Shown here: positions 1 through 10,768 of the stretch, one piece after another
How positions within the stretch are numbered: the stretch's first letter is position 1
Layout of the letters: every line of letters begins with the position of its first letter
Translations under genes and position numbers: made by a program
Source: an uncultured bacterium
Lineage (GTDB): Bacteria; Bacillota_I; Bacilli_A; RFN20; CAG-826
DNA: 64,000 bases
Direction: 5' to 3'
Assembly: GCA_949299195.1 (NCBI GenBank)
Contig: CASFZN010000018.1
Location: forward strand, 352,149 to 416,148
The notes under the pieces: model-generated
Seen by the model: only the letters and a program-made list of their open reading frames with translations
The model's database searches: none
What the model was told of the DNA's origin: nothing

Positions 1-467
1 AAGGAAAATCACCAATTAAAGAATTAGTTGAAGCTTTTAATAAGGTTGATGGAAAAACTATAGTTGGTGGTAAAAAAGTTAAACACGAAGAAATTGTTAA
101 ATACGGTTGCATGGATATTTTAAGAAAGGTTGATGAAAACATTTATGAACTTAAAGGTATTGTTGAAAAACCTAAATTAGAAGAAGCAACTAGTGATTTA
201 GCATCTTTAGGAAAATGGGTATTTAATCCTAGAATCTTTGGTATTTTAGAAAATACTCCTAAAGGAAAGGGTGGAGAAATTCAACTAACCGATGCTATTG
301 AAATAATTAGAAAAGAAGAAGGAGCTTATTTTGCTTCTTTTGAAGCCACTAGATATGATTGTGGCGATAAATTAGGTTATTTAAAAGCAGTTTTAAATTA
401 CGCTTTTAAAAATGAAGAGTATAAAAAAGGGCTATTAGAATTTATTGAAGAAAAGACTAAAAAGTAA
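1..467 (+). CDS. galU: UTP-glucose-1-phosphate uridylyltransferase, C-terminal part (5' end outside window)
   Basis: Open frame runs from window start to stop at 467; GalU signature 'GGEIQLTDAI' and 'RYDCGDKLGYL'. Confidence 0.8.
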   Translation, partial: GKSPIKELVEAFNKVDGKTIVGGKKVKHEEIVKYGCMDILRKVDENIYELKGIVEKPKLEEATSDLASLGKWVFNPRIFGILENTPKGKGGEIQLTDAIEIIRKEEGAYFASFEATRYDCGDKLGYLKAVLNYAFKNEEYKKGLLEFIEEKTKK

Positions 468-502
468 GATAAATCCTTATATATTTTAAATATTTGAAAA
501 TT

Positions 503-533
503 AAAAACTGTTAGATAATCTCTAACAGTTTTT
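503..533. terminator. bidirectional intrinsic terminator between convergent galU and lipoprotein gene
   Basis: hairpin aaaaACTGTTAGAtaatcTCTAACAGTtttt flanked by A and T runs. Confidence 0.6.
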
Positions 534-564
534 CTCTCTCTTAACTTGTGTTTTAGGTATTGTG

Positions 565-1242
565 TTATTCGCTAACGCTAGCAGTTGTGTCGGAAGTATA
601 TAAATCTTCATATACGTTCCAATAGATATATTTTGTTCTTCTATTAATATAGCCGTCACTATATTTTAATCTAAAGGAAGTAGGATCTTCGGTAGGAATT
701 TCAAGGAAGAACATTCTAGGAACATATTCATCAGTTGGAACACCTTTGAATGCACTTTCAGTTGGATAAACGTGATCCATCTTAAATAAATATGCAAACG
801 TACCAGTTGATGCTCCTGGAACTTGTTCTCTTTCGGTACCTAGGCCGATATAATATAATTCAGCTTCAGGTGGTAGGTTAACCATACAGAAGATTAATAC
901 GTTACTTTTGAAGAAATTATCATCATATTTTGACCAGATATCTGGTAAATCCATTCCTTCAACTTCAACTTTATAATCCCATAATAACTTATAGTTAAAT
1001 TCACGTGTACTACCATTTAAAGTAGCGACCGAATCATAAATAGTTACTGAATTTTCGTAAAAACTACGATACATTCCTTCTGGAACTTCCATTTGGCTAT
1101 CAATTCTAGTTGATTCCCATGGATGAAGTGGAGTTTCTTCATCGTCATCTGGGGGATTTTCGCCTCCACCAGTGACAAGACAACTTGTCATAGAGAATAA
1201 CCCTAATGCTAAAACACTTAATGATTTAATAGTCTTTTTCAT
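565..1242 (-). CDS. lipoprotein (signal peptide + lipobox Cys, 'FSMTSC'), function unknown
   Basis: N-terminus MKKTIKSLSVLALGLFSMTSC followed by acidic low-complexity linker; 225-aa ORF. Confidence 0.6.
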   Translation of the reverse strand: MKKTIKSLSVLALGLFSMTSCLVTGGGENPPDDDEETPLHPWESTRIDSQMEVPEGMYRSFYENSVTIYDSVATLNGSTREFNYKLLWDYKVEVEGMDLPDIWSKYDDNFFKSNVLIFCMVNLPPEAELYYIGLGTEREQVPGASTGTFAYLFKMDHVYPTESAFKGVPTDEYVPRMFFLEIPTEDPTSFRLKYSDGYINRRTKYIYWNVYEDLYTSDTTASVSE

Positions 1243-1321
1243 ACACTTTATTATATTTTAAAGATTGGGATTTGTGAATAATAAAAAAGAGTTATTTTTA
1301 AATAACTCTTTACCAAGGTCC

Positions 1322-1558
1322 TTATGCTTTTGTAAGGAATAAATGTTTGAATAAAAGAATCCAAATGATATCGATAATTTGTAATACGATACCCCATCCT
1401 AAGAAAGTATAAATTAATGCAGCGACTAAATTTAAAATTGTGAATTTTTCAATAACCGCACTCCAACGGACGACTAATTCAACGATATAGCCTACGATAG
1501 GTAAAATAAGAAGGATAATTTGAACTACTCTTGGTAAACCAAAAAATTTCTTTGCCAT
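1322..1558 (-). CDS. small two-TM membrane protein; start revised to internal ATG with AAGGAG RBS
   Basis: ORF 1322..1606 on the minus strand; internal Met (MAKKFFGL) preceded by aaaggagaaaagaATG; two hydrophobic helices. Confidence 0.45.
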   Translation of the reverse strand: MAKKFFGLPRVVQIILLILPIVGYIVELVVRWSAVIEKFTILNLVAALIYTFLGWGIVLQIIDIIWILLFKHLFLTKA

Positions 1559-1757
1559 TCTTTTCTCCTTTTTCTTTTTGCCTATTATAGCATATTGCCA
1601 ATTCAAAATAAGAATAAAATGAACTAATGAGACATTTTAATAATAAATCAATATTTTTAAGTATTAAATAACTACGATACTTATCATATATTTTTATTGT
1701 GTTATTAACTCTTTTCGATATAATTTAACTAAGGTTATTCTATAAAGGAGAGAGAAA

Positions 1758-2138
1758 ATGTTTTGTAAATATTGCGGAAAACAAATCCCTGATGATGCCA
1801 ATGTTTGTCCATATTGCGGGAAAGAAACACACGCCAAAAAAAGTGAACCTGTTCAAGAGGTAGAAACTAAGAAGACTTCTGATAGTGCCCCACAAATTTT
1901 TGGTATTTTATCAATTGTAGCTCCATTTATTGGGCTATCATTTGTAGGAATTATTTTAGCAATCATCGGGTTATGTATTGATAAAAATAAAGCTTATAAA
2001 GGACTTAATGTTGCTGGGTTGATCATCAGTATCATTATCTTAATTTTAACTATTGTTCTTAGTATCGTTTACTTTATTTTAATAGCAAAATATATTGAAG
2101 AAAACCCAGGTGTTATTCCTCAATATCCATCTTTTTAA
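1758..2138 (+). CDS. zinc-ribbon (CxxC..CxxC) membrane protein, paralog 1
   Basis: MFCKYCGKQIPDDANVCPYCG then two TM helices; RBS aaaggagagag. Confidence 0.6.
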   Translation: MFCKYCGKQIPDDANVCPYCGKETHAKKSEPVQEVETKKTSDSAPQIFGILSIVAPFIGLSFVGIILAIIGLCIDKNKAYKGLNVAGLIISIIILILTIVLSIVYFILIAKYIEENPGVIPQYPSF

Positions 2139-2172
2139 TATAATAATTATTTAAATTTTAAGGGAGAATTGT

Positions 2173-2526
2173 ATGTTCTGTAGAAAATGTGGAAAAGAAG
2201 TAGCTGAAGACGTTAGATTTTGTCCAAATTGTGGCGAAGATCAATGGGAAGAAAGCGAAAAAGTAGAAGAAAAACCAGTAGAAATAAAGAAGGAAGAAAA
2301 ACAAGAATTAAGCGGTTTATTATTAGCTGCAAAAATCTTAATTATTATTTCAATGGTTCTTGCTTTCTGGGCAATTTATCCATTAGTTTTAGGTATTTTT
2401 GCTATTAAAGCAATTGAAAATAACAAAAATCCTAAAGATTTATTAACCTGGAGTATTGTTACTTTACTTTTACTTAATACTATTGCTGGAATTTTAATGC
2501 TTGTTTATTCTGTTAAAGATGAATAA
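2173..2526 (+). CDS. zinc-ribbon membrane protein, paralog 2 (tandem duplicate)
   Basis: MFCRKCGKEVAEDVRFCPNCG then TM helices; RBS agggag. Confidence 0.6.
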   Translation: MFCRKCGKEVAEDVRFCPNCGEDQWEESEKVEEKPVEIKKEEKQELSGLLLAAKILIIISMVLAFWAIYPLVLGIFAIKAIENNKNPKDLLTWSIVTLLLLNTIAGILMLVYSVKDE

Positions 2527-2594
2527 GTTTTAAAAACTAATAAAATCCTAATATTAGTAAATATTTAGGAGTTTTCTAATAATTTAATAAAGTT

Positions 2595-2622
2595 AAAAAG
2601 TTTCCACGTGGAAACTTTTTTT
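2595..2622. terminator. intrinsic terminator, perfect palindrome AAAAAGTTTCCACGTGGAAACTTTTT (copy 1 of repeated family)
   Basis: 26-nt perfect palindrome with A-run/T-run arms, downstream of 2526 stop. Confidence 0.6.
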
Positions 2623-2881
2623 ATTGATAATAATCGCTTTTTAAAAAATTAGTTATATTTAAAAATAAAATATATAAAACTATTAAAAATTTTACTAAGA
2701 AAAATTAAAGATTATTTAGTCAAAATATAAGAAATTCAAAATAATGAAATATCCCATATTTTTCATGTTTTATAGTAAAAATCTTATTGATTTTTTCACT
2801 TTCTTTTTATATATTATTAACCGACACTAATCTAAAAAATTAAAGTCCCGGTAAGATTTTATATTTTAGGAGGATAGTGAG

Positions 2882-3340
2882 ATGAATAAAGAAACAACAA
2901 GTTTAAAGAAGGAAGAGATTGTCCGTAAATGGTATGTCGTTGACGCAACTAATCAACCTTTAGGTAGATTAGCTACTCAAATCGCTACTTATTTAATGGG
3001 AAAAGAAAAACCATCTTGGACACCAAACCAAGACTGTGGTGATTACATCATTGTAGTCAACTGTGATAAGGTTAAATTATCCAGTTCTAAGAAATTAGAA
3101 AACAAAAAATACTACAATGTTAGTGGTTATAACGGCGGTTTAAGAACAAGAAGTTTAGAGGTTATGCTTGAAAAATATCCTGAAGAAATGTTTAGAAGAG
3201 TCGTTTGGGGTATGATTCCAAAAGGCAGACTCGGAAGACAAATGATCAAAAAATTATTTGTTTACCGTGACGCTGAACATAAGCATGAAGCTCAAAAACC
3301 AGAGGTATTAACTTTCTCAAACTTAGGAGGTAAAAACTAA
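2882..3340 (+). CDS. rplM: 50S ribosomal protein L13
   Basis: '[21 protein letters not shown]', RBS ttaggagga; 152 aa. Confidence 0.95.
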   Translation: MNKETTSLKKEEIVRKWYVVDATNQPLGRLATQIATYLMGKEKPSWTPNQDCGDYIIVVNCDKVKLSSSKKLENKKYYNVSGYNGGLRTRSLEVMLEKYPEEMFRRVVWGMIPKGRLGRQMIKKLFVYRDAEHKHEAQKPEVLTFSNLGGKN

Positions 3341-3732
3341 TGGCTAAGAAAACTGCATTTTATGCAACTGGTAGAAGAAAATCCAGCATCGCAAAAGTCT
3401 ATTTAACAGAAGGCACAGGAAAAATTATTGTTAACGATAAAGATGTTAACGAATATTTCCCACACGCAACATTAGTCTTAGACTTAAAACAACCTCTTAC
3501 ATTATTAGGTGTTGAAGCTAAATATGATGTAAAAGCATACGTCCTTGGTGGCGGATTCTCCGGACAAACTGGTGCTTTAAGACTTGGTATTGCTAGAGCT
3601 TTACTCGAAGCTGGTGAAGATAGAGCAACCTTAAAAGTTCATGGTATGCTTACTCGTAACCCAAGAAGTAAAGAAAGAAAGAAATACGGTCTCAAAAAAG
3701 CAAGAAGAGCTCCTCAATTCTCAAAACGTTAA
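3340..3732 (+). CDS. rpsI: 30S ribosomal protein S9
   Basis: C-terminus '[25 protein letters not shown]'; TAATG stop/start overlap with rplM; RBS aggaggt. Confidence 0.95.
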   Translation: MAKKTAFYATGRRKSSIAKVYLTEGTGKIIVNDKDVNEYFPHATLVLDLKQPLTLLGVEAKYDVKAYVLGGGFSGQTGALRLGIARALLEAGEDRATLKVHGMLTRNPRSKERKKYGLKKARRAPQFSKR

Positions 3733-3751
3733 AATATTTATTCAAACTATG

Positions 3752-3783
3752 GAAGCATTCTCAAAGAATGCTTCTTTTTTTAT
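3752..3783 (+). terminator. intrinsic terminator after rpsI
   Basis: GAAGCATTCtcaaaGAATGCTTC + T7. Confidence 0.7.
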
Positions 3784-3977
3784 CTGAAATTAAAAACTCG
3801 TTTTAACAACTTGAACAAACAAGTTTATTATTTATAATAAATTTGTAATAAGGAAATTAACGTTTTGTCTTTTAATGTTTTTGATAAAAATTCTAGATTA
3901 AAAGAGATAATTAGAGAGAAAATACTTATTAAAGTTAATTAAAAGATATTTTAAAAATAATAAAAGAGGTAAAAAGA

Positions 3978-4349
3978 ATGAAAATAGTAGGCAATATATT
4001 TTGGTTTATATTTGGAGGAGCTATTTGGGCATTAGTTTCTTTACTAATTGGAGTTTTATGCTGTATCACCATCATTTTAATTCCGGTAGGAATAAAAATG
4101 TTTCATTTTGCAGGTTTTATAGTCGCTCCTTTTGGAAAACACGCTGAATATAATAAAGGAAATGCTGGGAAACTTGTTATTAATATTATTTGGTTAGTTC
4201 TTTTTGGATGGGAAACTATTATTTCCTATGCTTTAACGGGAGTAATTTTGTGTTGTACCATCATTCTTATTCCTTTTGGAATTCAATATTTTAAAACTAT
4301 TCCTTTCCTTACTCTTCCATTGGGGACAACTTTCGTTAAAGATAACTAA
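3978..4349 (+). CDS. YccF-like inner membrane protein (internally duplicated DUF307-type repeat)
   Basis: two repeats of '...LCC(I/T)TIILIP(V/F)GI...' separated by a loop; 123 aa. Confidence 0.55.
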   Translation: MKIVGNIFWFIFGGAIWALVSLLIGVLCCITIILIPVGIKMFHFAGFIVAPFGKHAEYNKGNAGKLVINIIWLVLFGWETIISYALTGVILCCTIILIPFGIQYFKTIPFLTLPLGTTFVKDN

Positions 4350-4408
4350 TAATTTAAAAATTAGAAATTAATTATATATCCTTTAATAAAGTATAATTTA
4401 ATTTATAA

Positions 4409-6694
4409 ATGAAAGAGATAATTAAGAAAGATTTATTTAATAGTATTGATTCTTTAACTAATTCATTAGATAAAGAATATATTTTTATAGGAGAATCTTC
4501 CTATAAAAATATTTTATTATCCTATAAAAGTAATAATCCTTCAAAGAATATAAGTTATATAGATAAGAATGAATTTATTAAAAATATTACTTTTGATTAT
4601 AGTGATAACACTTTAATTAAATATATTATTCATAACTATAACTATGATTATTTAAAAAGTAAGGAATTATTAAAACTATTAGCGCTTATAGATATTGAAG
4701 AATCTAATAAAATAGTAGGTATTAATAAAGAGATTAGAGACGTTATTAATATTAAAAAAGATTTAATAAATAAGGGATTAATAAGTAAGGAATATAATGA
4801 ATTAAGTTTAACTCATTATAATAAAGAAAATAGGAATAATATCGAAATAATTCTTTTTGAAATTAATGAATTAGATAGTGAATTTCTATCTCTTTTAAAT
4901 AGATTAAATATCGATATTTCAAAAAGAATTAACTTTATAAACTTAGACAGTGAAAATATTAATGAAGTTTTTAAAGATAAATACTTAATCTTTAAAAACA
5001 CAATTAAAGAGTTTCACTATCTATTTAGTGAAATTAAAAGAATGATTCAAAAAGAAAGAATAGATCCTTCAAAAATAGTAGTCTATATGAAGGAAGTAAA
5101 CCCTTTTTATTTAAGATATTTTGAGGAGTTATACGCCATTAAGACTAATTATAAAAAAGAGATTCCACTTTTATTTAATAGTGTATTAACTAACTTTTTG
5201 GAAGAAATTTATAGTAGTGGAAAAATTGAAAAACTCCCATTATTAGAAGAAAATAACGGACCTAAAAATGACTTTATCTTGATTCTAAATAATGTTATTG
5301 AATATTTTGAGTTAGACTCAATTAAAGATTTTAATAGTGCATTTTTATCTTTAAAAGAAATCTTAAATGAACTCACTAAAAAAGAAGAAAAAGAGAATGT
5401 TGAAACAATAAAAATCATAACTTCTTATAAATATTTAAATGATGATGAATATTTATTTGTTTTAGATTTTGTTCATAATTCAATCTATCAAGAAAACAAG
5501 GATAATAAGGTTATTACTGATATTTCTTTAGAAAAACTAAAACTTAACACTTCTTATAAAAATAACCTTATTAATCGAAGAAAAGCATTATATTTTTGTA
5601 GTTTTAACAACGTAAAAATGTTTTCAAGAAGAAAACTCCATCTTGATGACACTCTATTTGATTCCCAATTTGTCAATGAATTTAATCTAAAAGGAGAAGA
5701 AGTTCCTTTTAATACAAACGGCTTATATACCAATAAAGCTTTAGAAGCCTTAAAAACTTCAATTTTTGATGAAAAAAATTTAAATGAAAGTAAAGAAATT
5801 TTATCTTATAAAAAATACGATAAAAGCTTTAAATCGTTTAATTTTGATAAAGGTGAATCTTTTTCTTTAAGCTTAATTTCTTCCTATGATTCATGTCCTT
5901 TTAAATTTTATGTTGATAAATATTTAAAGGTAGATAAATCTGAATATGAATTTAGTGCTAAAATCGGAACTTTATTTCATGAAGTAATAGAAAAATATTT
6001 TATAAGTAGATATCAAGAAAGTATCGACAAATTATATAAAGAAACTTACTTAAAAATGGAAAAAGATTTTGATGAAAAAGAAAAGATGATTTTAAAATAT
6101 TCAATTCTTCCAAAATTTATAGAAAGCGTCGAAAAGGTATTAGAAGATTATAAACTTGATGAGATTAAGGGTTTCGAAGATGAAGTTATTCTTCAAATTC
6201 CTTATGAAGTTGATGGAAAAATTTCAACCATAAACGGAAGAGCTGATTTAAAAATTAATTATAATGACGGAAAATATTCGATAATTGATTTTAAAACCGG
6301 AAATGTTAAAAATTATAAATTTGCCGATGGCGATCGAACAAAAATTCAACTTCCTTTATACGCAAAATCTTTTATGTTAAAAGAAGAAGGTGAATCTTCA
6401 CTTAAAGAAGTTATTTATCAACCAATTCTTCAAAATGCGGTTTTTGGAGACCCTGAAATCAATCTTTCGGCTTTTAAAGCAAAATTTCAAAATGTTTCTT
6501 ATGCTAAAAAGGAATTAGAAAGTGAAATTTTAGATTCTACTGATAGAATGGTTGAAGGAATTTTACGCGATATTTCTCAAAATAAATTCTCTTTAATTCA
6601 AAATAGTGAAGGGGATGATGATTCTAATACATGTACATTCTGTTCCTATGGAGATATTTGTTATATAGATAAAATAAAGAGGAAGAAATGGTAA
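4409..6694 (+). CDS. addB: AddB/RexB-type subunit of helicase-nuclease (nuclease domain with Fe-S cysteines, no Walker A)
   Basis: C-terminal PD-(D/E)xK-like 'GRADLKI...IIDFKTG...QLPLYA'; Cys at 'SYDSCPFKF' plus 'CTFCSYGDIC' (C-x2-C-x5-C) resembling AddB Fe-S staple; directly upstream of addA. Confidence 0.7.
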   Translation: MKEIIKKDLFNSIDSLTNSLDKEYIFIGESSYKNILLSYKSNNPSKNISYIDKNEFIKNITFDYSDNTLIKYIIHNYNYDYLKSKELLKLLALIDIEESNKIVGINKEIRDVINIKKDLINKGLISKEYNELSLTHYNKENRNNIEIILFEINELDSEFLSLLNRLNIDISKRINFINLDSENINEVFKDKYLIFKNTIKEFHYLFSEIKRMIQKERIDPSKIVVYMKEVNPFYLRYFEELYAIKTNYKKEIPLLFNSVLTNFLEEIYSSGKIEKLPLLEENNGPKNDFILILNNVIEYFELDSIKDFNSAFLSLKEILNELTKKEEKENVETIKIITSYKYLNDDEYLFVLDFVHNSIYQENKDNKVITDISLEKLKLNTSYKNNLINRRKALYFCSFNNVKMFSRRKLHLDDTLFDSQFVNEFNLKGEEVPFNTNGLYTNKALEALKTSIFDEKNLNESKEILSYKKYDKSFKSFNFDKGESFSLSLISSYDSCPFKFYVDKYLKVDKSEYEFSAKIGTLFHEVIEKYFISRYQESIDKLYKETYLKMEKDFDEKEKMILKYSILPKFIESVEKVLEDYKLDEIKGFEDEVILQIPYEVDGKISTINGRADLKINYNDGKYSIIDFKTGNVKNYKFADGDRTKIQLPLYAKSFMLKEEGESSLKEVIYQPILQNAVFGDPEINLSAFKAKFQNVSYAKKELESEILDSTDRMVEGILRDISQNKFSLIQNSEGDDDSNTCTFCSYGDICYIDKIKRKKW

Positions 6695-6707
6695 AAATAG
6701 TAGACTT

Positions 6708-9700
6708 ATGAAATTTAATAAAGAACAACAAAGAGCCATAGATTCTAGAAAGAATTGTTTAATATCTGCTGGAGCAGGAAGTGGAAAAACTGCTGTTTTA
6801 ACCGAGAAAGTTTTTCAACTTATAGAAAAAGGAGGAATTGATCCTAAGAACTTATTGGTTTTAACTTTTACTAATGCAGCTGCTTATTCAATGAAACAAA
6901 AAATAATTCGAGCATTTAAAAAGAATAGTAGTAATAAAGCTTTAGAAATTGTTAGTTCTCATATTGAAACATTTGATGCTTTTTCAGCATTTTTAGTTAG
7001 AAAATACTCGTTTAGATTAAAGGTAGATCCTAATTTTAAAATGGTTAATCAATCACTTTTTGATGCTAAAACCATGGAGATTATTGATAAAATTCTTGCT
7101 ACTTACTATAAAAATGAAGAAAATGAAACTTTTAAAGAATTAATCTATGATTTTGCATTTAAAGGAGACGATACTTTAAAAGAAATTTTATTCACCTTTT
7201 ATAAAAAATTATCTAATTATTCTTTAAAAGAAAAAGAAGACTTTATTTATAATTATGAAGAAAAATATTTAAAAGAGGAGTTTATTGCTTTTTCAATAGG
7301 TAAAATCATTAAAAATAAAGTATTAATCCCATTTTTTAACCATATTTCTTCTCCTCTTTTTGACGTTTTAAATAAACACGAAAAAATCAACGTTGAATAT
7401 AATTATCTTCTCGATACTTTAAAAAATGTTGAAGAAATAGATGAAAATGAGACTATTTCTTTATATCAAAAGATAATTGATTATTTAACTATAAATAAAC
7501 TCCCCCAAATAAGAAAATTCGCCTATAAATCTCAATATGATAAATATAAAAAATTTAAAGATGATTATTTAAAAAAATACGCCGTTTATTTAGATATTGA
7601 TTCTCAAAAAGAATTGTTATTTTCATACAAAAATAAAATTAAATTAATAATTGAAATCTTAATAAAAGTGGATGATGAATTAGAAAAATATAAATCATTA
7701 AATTCATCTTATGATTTTAGTGATATCTCTAAAAAAGCGTCATCACTATTAATCAAAGATGAATTTAATGATATTAAAGAAGAAATTAGAAACACTTATA
7801 AATATATTTTAGTTGATGAATATCAAGATACTAACGATATCCAAGAAGAATTTTTAAATAATTTAACTATAGGAACTAATAATAAGTTATTTGTAGTTGG
7901 AGATGTTAAACAATCAATTTATGCCTTTAGGAATGCTAATCCATCCTTATTTATAAATAGAAAGAATAATTATTTAAATGATTTAAAAAATAACGAAGTT
8001 ATCGATATGAATATTAACTATCGTTCTTTTAGCGAAATTTTAGAACTTATCAATCGTTATTTTAAAGCTAATATGTCTAAAAATAACGGCGGAATAGTCT
8101 TTAACACAATGGAAGAATTGATATACGATAACGAAACTGACTTATATAAAAATAGTGATAAATATATTAATGGCGATCATGGAATGAAGATTATTTTTAA
8201 TAATGCCATTGATTATTCTTTATCTAGAAGACTTTCACTTTATAACGATGCAATGCTAATTATTAAAGATATCTTAAAAAAGATTAATTCTAATTATGAG
8301 GTATTTGATGAAGATTCTCCTACTAAAAGAAGAAAGGTTAATTTTGGAGATTTTGCAGTTTTAACAAGAAAAAATAAAGATTTAGCAGCAATCTTAAAAA
8401 TATTTAAAGAGTTTGGAATTCCTTCCAATATAAAAAGTGATGTTTCTTATATTGATGCTCATCCTATAAGAGTTTTAGAATCTTTAATTAAACTATATTT
8501 AGCTTTTAAAAATAATGATGAATCTAATTTAGTTCATTTATATGTATCCCTTGCTAGAAGTTTTCTTTATTCATATAGTGATGAAGAAATTTATAACCTT
8601 ATTAATAGTGAAAATAAGATAAAACTTATAAAAGATAGTGAAATTTATATAAAAATGAGGAATTTTTATATAAATTTCAATAATATAGAATCCTTTTCTT
8701 TATCTTCTTTAATAGAAAAAATGATTATCGAATTTGATTTTAATAATGCTTTAATAAGACTAGGAGATTATGAAGATAATTTAAATTATTTAGAATATTT
8801 CTATTATTTAGTTAAAGATGTTGAAGGTAATGGTGGAAATATTTTTGATTTATTAAACACCTTAGAGTTAATGGTTGATAATGATATTGAATTAACCGCA
8901 TCTAATTTGGTAGATAATACTAACTCAGTCGAACTTGCAACAATCCATAAATCTAAGGGATTAGAATATAAAATTCTTTATATCCCTTTTAGAAGTGCTA
9001 TAAGTAGAGATAAACCTAAGATGGATGAATTTATGTTATCTAAAGAATATGGAGCTTTATTTAAAAAAAGAGGTTATAGTGGATTTTCTTACACTCTATT
9101 AAATAAGGATTATATTGATGAAGAGGCAAAAAGCGAAAAAGATGAATTTGAAAGACTTCTTTATGTTGCTTTAACAAGAGCCAAAGAATCGATAATTTTC
9201 GTAGGAAATTCATATTCTTCAAAATCCTTCCAGAAAAATTCTTTGGAAAAAGAGTTTTATAATGCATTTAATAAAAAAATTATCCCTAATTTAAAAACTT
9301 TTGATCTATTAGAAAAATATGGAATATTAGATAAAAATAGTAGGCAATTAATTTTGGATTATATCGATGTTTATAACGCTATTGCTATTAAAGATATAAA
9401 AAATAAATGCGTTGAAGAATTCATTAAATTTGAAAGAGAAAAAGACATCATTTCTTTAGGAACCTCTTTAAGAAAAGATAAACCATATCACTATTCAACT
9501 GGTCAAGGAAGCGTAAAAGATTTTTTACCTAATGAAAATGTGTATGAATATTTTAAAGTTTTTGCTACTAATAAAGACTTAATAAATTTAAGTAATTCAA
9601 TTTTATATAACTTAAGAGTTTTGAAGGAATATTTAAATAACGATTTTAGATTCGTTCTTTTTAGACAAAATAAAACTAAAAAGTTTGTTTTAACTAGAAA

Positions 9701-10454
9701 AGATAGAAGAATGTATTATTTTGTCAGAACTTTTGAAGAATTTAACTCTAAAAACGATAATGATATCTGGTTTGATTCATCATCTGGAGATGATTTCTTC
9801 TTAGTCGAAGCAATTGATAAATTAAATTTATTAAATGGTGAAAGTTTTGAACCTTTATTTATTGAAATTCCTCTAGATCCAATTAAATATGAAATTTATG
9901 ATTATAAAGAAGTTATTAAACCAATTTCAGCAACTAAGGATAAAGAATATAAAAACCTCGAAGTTAATGATGAAATAGTGGTCTTTAAAGAAAAAGAAAA
10001 TAAAAAAGCTTCTCATTCTGTATCTTTAGCCTTGCCTTTTAATAAAGAAATGGAAGAAAAACTCAAAGAAGGTATTAGACTCCATCAATTATTAGAATAT
10101 TTTAATTTCAAAAATCCTGATTATAGCTTTATTAAAAATGAGACAGAAAGAAAAATCATCGATAAAATCTTATCTTTAGATATTTTTAAAGATATAAAGA
10201 AAGCAAATATTTATAAAGAATATCAATATTTAGCAATAGACCAAGAAGGTATTATTGATTTACTTTTAGTATATGATGATCATATCGATATTATTGACTA
10301 TAAAACCAAAAATATTGACGATGAGGCCTATATTAATCAATTAAATATATATAGAGAAAATATCGATAAATTATTTAATAAAGGCAAGAAGAAGTACTTA
10401 ATTTCATGTTATCTTTTATCTTTAATTGATGGAATATATAAAAAGATTGATTAA
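6708..10454 (+). CDS. addA: ATP-dependent helicase/nuclease subunit A (UvrD-like helicase + RecB-like nuclease)
   Basis: Walker A 'SAGAGSGKTAVL', 'VDEYQDTN', 'TIHKSKGLEY', C-terminal nuclease 'IDLLLVYDDHIDIIDYKT'; 1248 aa. Confidence 0.9.
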   Translation: MKFNKEQQRAIDSRKNCLISAGAGSGKTAVLTEKVFQLIEKGGIDPKNLLVLTFTNAAAYSMKQKIIRAFKKNSSNKALEIVSSHIETFDAFSAFLVRKYSFRLKVDPNFKMVNQSLFDAKTMEIIDKILATYYKNEENETFKELIYDFAFKGDDTLKEILFTFYKKLSNYSLKEKEDFIYNYEEKYLKEEFIAFSIGKIIKNKVLIPFFNHISSPLFDVLNKHEKINVEYNYLLDTLKNVEEIDENETISLYQKIIDYLTINKLPQIRKFAYKSQYDKYKKFKDDYLKKYAVYLDIDSQKELLFSYKNKIKLIIEILIKVDDELEKYKSLNSSYDFSDISKKASSLLIKDEFNDIKEEIRNTYKYILVDEYQDTNDIQEEFLNNLTIGTNNKLFVVGDVKQSIYAFRNANPSLFINRKNNYLNDLKNNEVIDMNINYRSFSEILELINRYFKANMSKNNGGIVFNTMEELIYDNETDLYKNSDKYINGDHGMKIIFNNAIDYSLSRRLSLYNDAMLIIKDILKKINSNYEVFDEDSPTKRRKVNFGDFAVLTRKNKDLAAILKIFKEFGIPSNIKSDVSYIDAHPIRVLESLIKLYLAFKNNDESNLVHLYVSLARSFLYSYSDEEIYNLINSENKIKLIKDSEIYIKMRNFYINFNNIESFSLSSLIEKMIIEFDFNNALIRLGDYEDNLNYLEYFYYLVKDVEGNGGNIFDLLNTLELMVDNDIELTASNLVDNTNSVELATIHKSKGLEYKILYIPFRSAISRDKPKMDEFMLSKEYGALFKKRGYSGFSYTLLNKDYIDEEAKSEKDEFERLLYVALTRAKESIIFVGNSYSSKSFQKNSLEKEFYNAFNKKIIPNLKTFDLLEKYGILDKNSRQLILDYIDVYNAIAIKDIKNKCVEEFIKFEREKDIISLGTSLRKDKPYHYSTGQGSVKDFLPNENVYEYFKVFATNKDLINLSNSILYNLRVLKEYLNNDFRFVLFRQNKTKKFVLTRKDRRMYYFVRTFEEFNSKNDNDIWFDSSSGDDFFLVEAIDKLNLLNGESFEPLFIEIPLDPIKYEIYDYKEVIKPISATKDKEYKNLEVNDEIVVFKEKENKKASHSVSLALPFNKEMEEKLKEGIRLHQLLEYFNFKNPDYSFIKNETERKIIDKILSLDIFKDIKKANIYKEYQYLAIDQEGIIDLLLVYDDHIDIIDYKTKNIDDEAYINQLNIYRENIDKLFNKGKKKYLISCYLLSLIDGIYKKID

Positions 10455-10515
10455 ATTATAAAAATAGTAGACCCATCCTTACCCAGTTATTAAGAGGCAA
10501 GGTGCGAAATTTTGC

Positions 10516-10544
10516 TTTACAAGTGACCAGTTCTTTTCTATAAT
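10516..10544 (+). promoter_or_regulatory. sigma-A type promoter for tRNA cluster (-35 TTTACA, 17 nt, -10 TATAAT)
   Basis: tttaca(10516-10521)...tataat(10539-10544), about 33 nt upstream of tRNA-Ile. Confidence 0.4.
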
Positions 10545-10576
10545 ATTTAAGCATCGGTTAACCCAAGAGAATTTTT

Positions 10577-10653
<77 letters not shown>

Positions 10654-10684
10654 GTTAATCGATTATTCTAGCGTCAACCAAGAA

Positions 10685-10759
10685 GGGCGCTTAGCTCAAT
10701 GGGAGAGCGCTTCCTTCACACGGAAGAGGTCATAAGTCCGATCCTTATAGCGCCCACCA
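10685..10759 (+). tRNA. tRNA-Val (anticodon CAC), CCA encoded; unusual T-loop TCCGATC
   Basis: acceptor gggcgct/agcgccc, anticodon stem cttcc/ggaag, loop ttCACac. Confidence 0.65.
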
Positions 10760-10768
10760 TTAATACAT

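Noticed and set aside
2220-2408. 62-aa Arg/Lys-rich ORF overlapping the second zinc-ribbon gene in another frame
   Set aside because: Entirely inside a better-supported CDS; low-complexity translation of an AT/GA-rich region.
4816-5418. minus-strand ORFs 4816-5001 and 5209-5418 inside addB
   Set aside because: Antisense to a long motif-supported CDS; hydrophobic AT-rich artefacts.
9061-9267. minus-strand 68-aa ORF inside addA
   Set aside because: Antisense within the 1248-aa helicase gene.
6697-10475. 13-mer AAAAATAGTAGAC repeated at 6697 and 10461 (flanking addA)
   Set aside because: AT-rich 13-mer; chance recurrence is plausible in a 27% GC genome, and there is no inverted or extended match.
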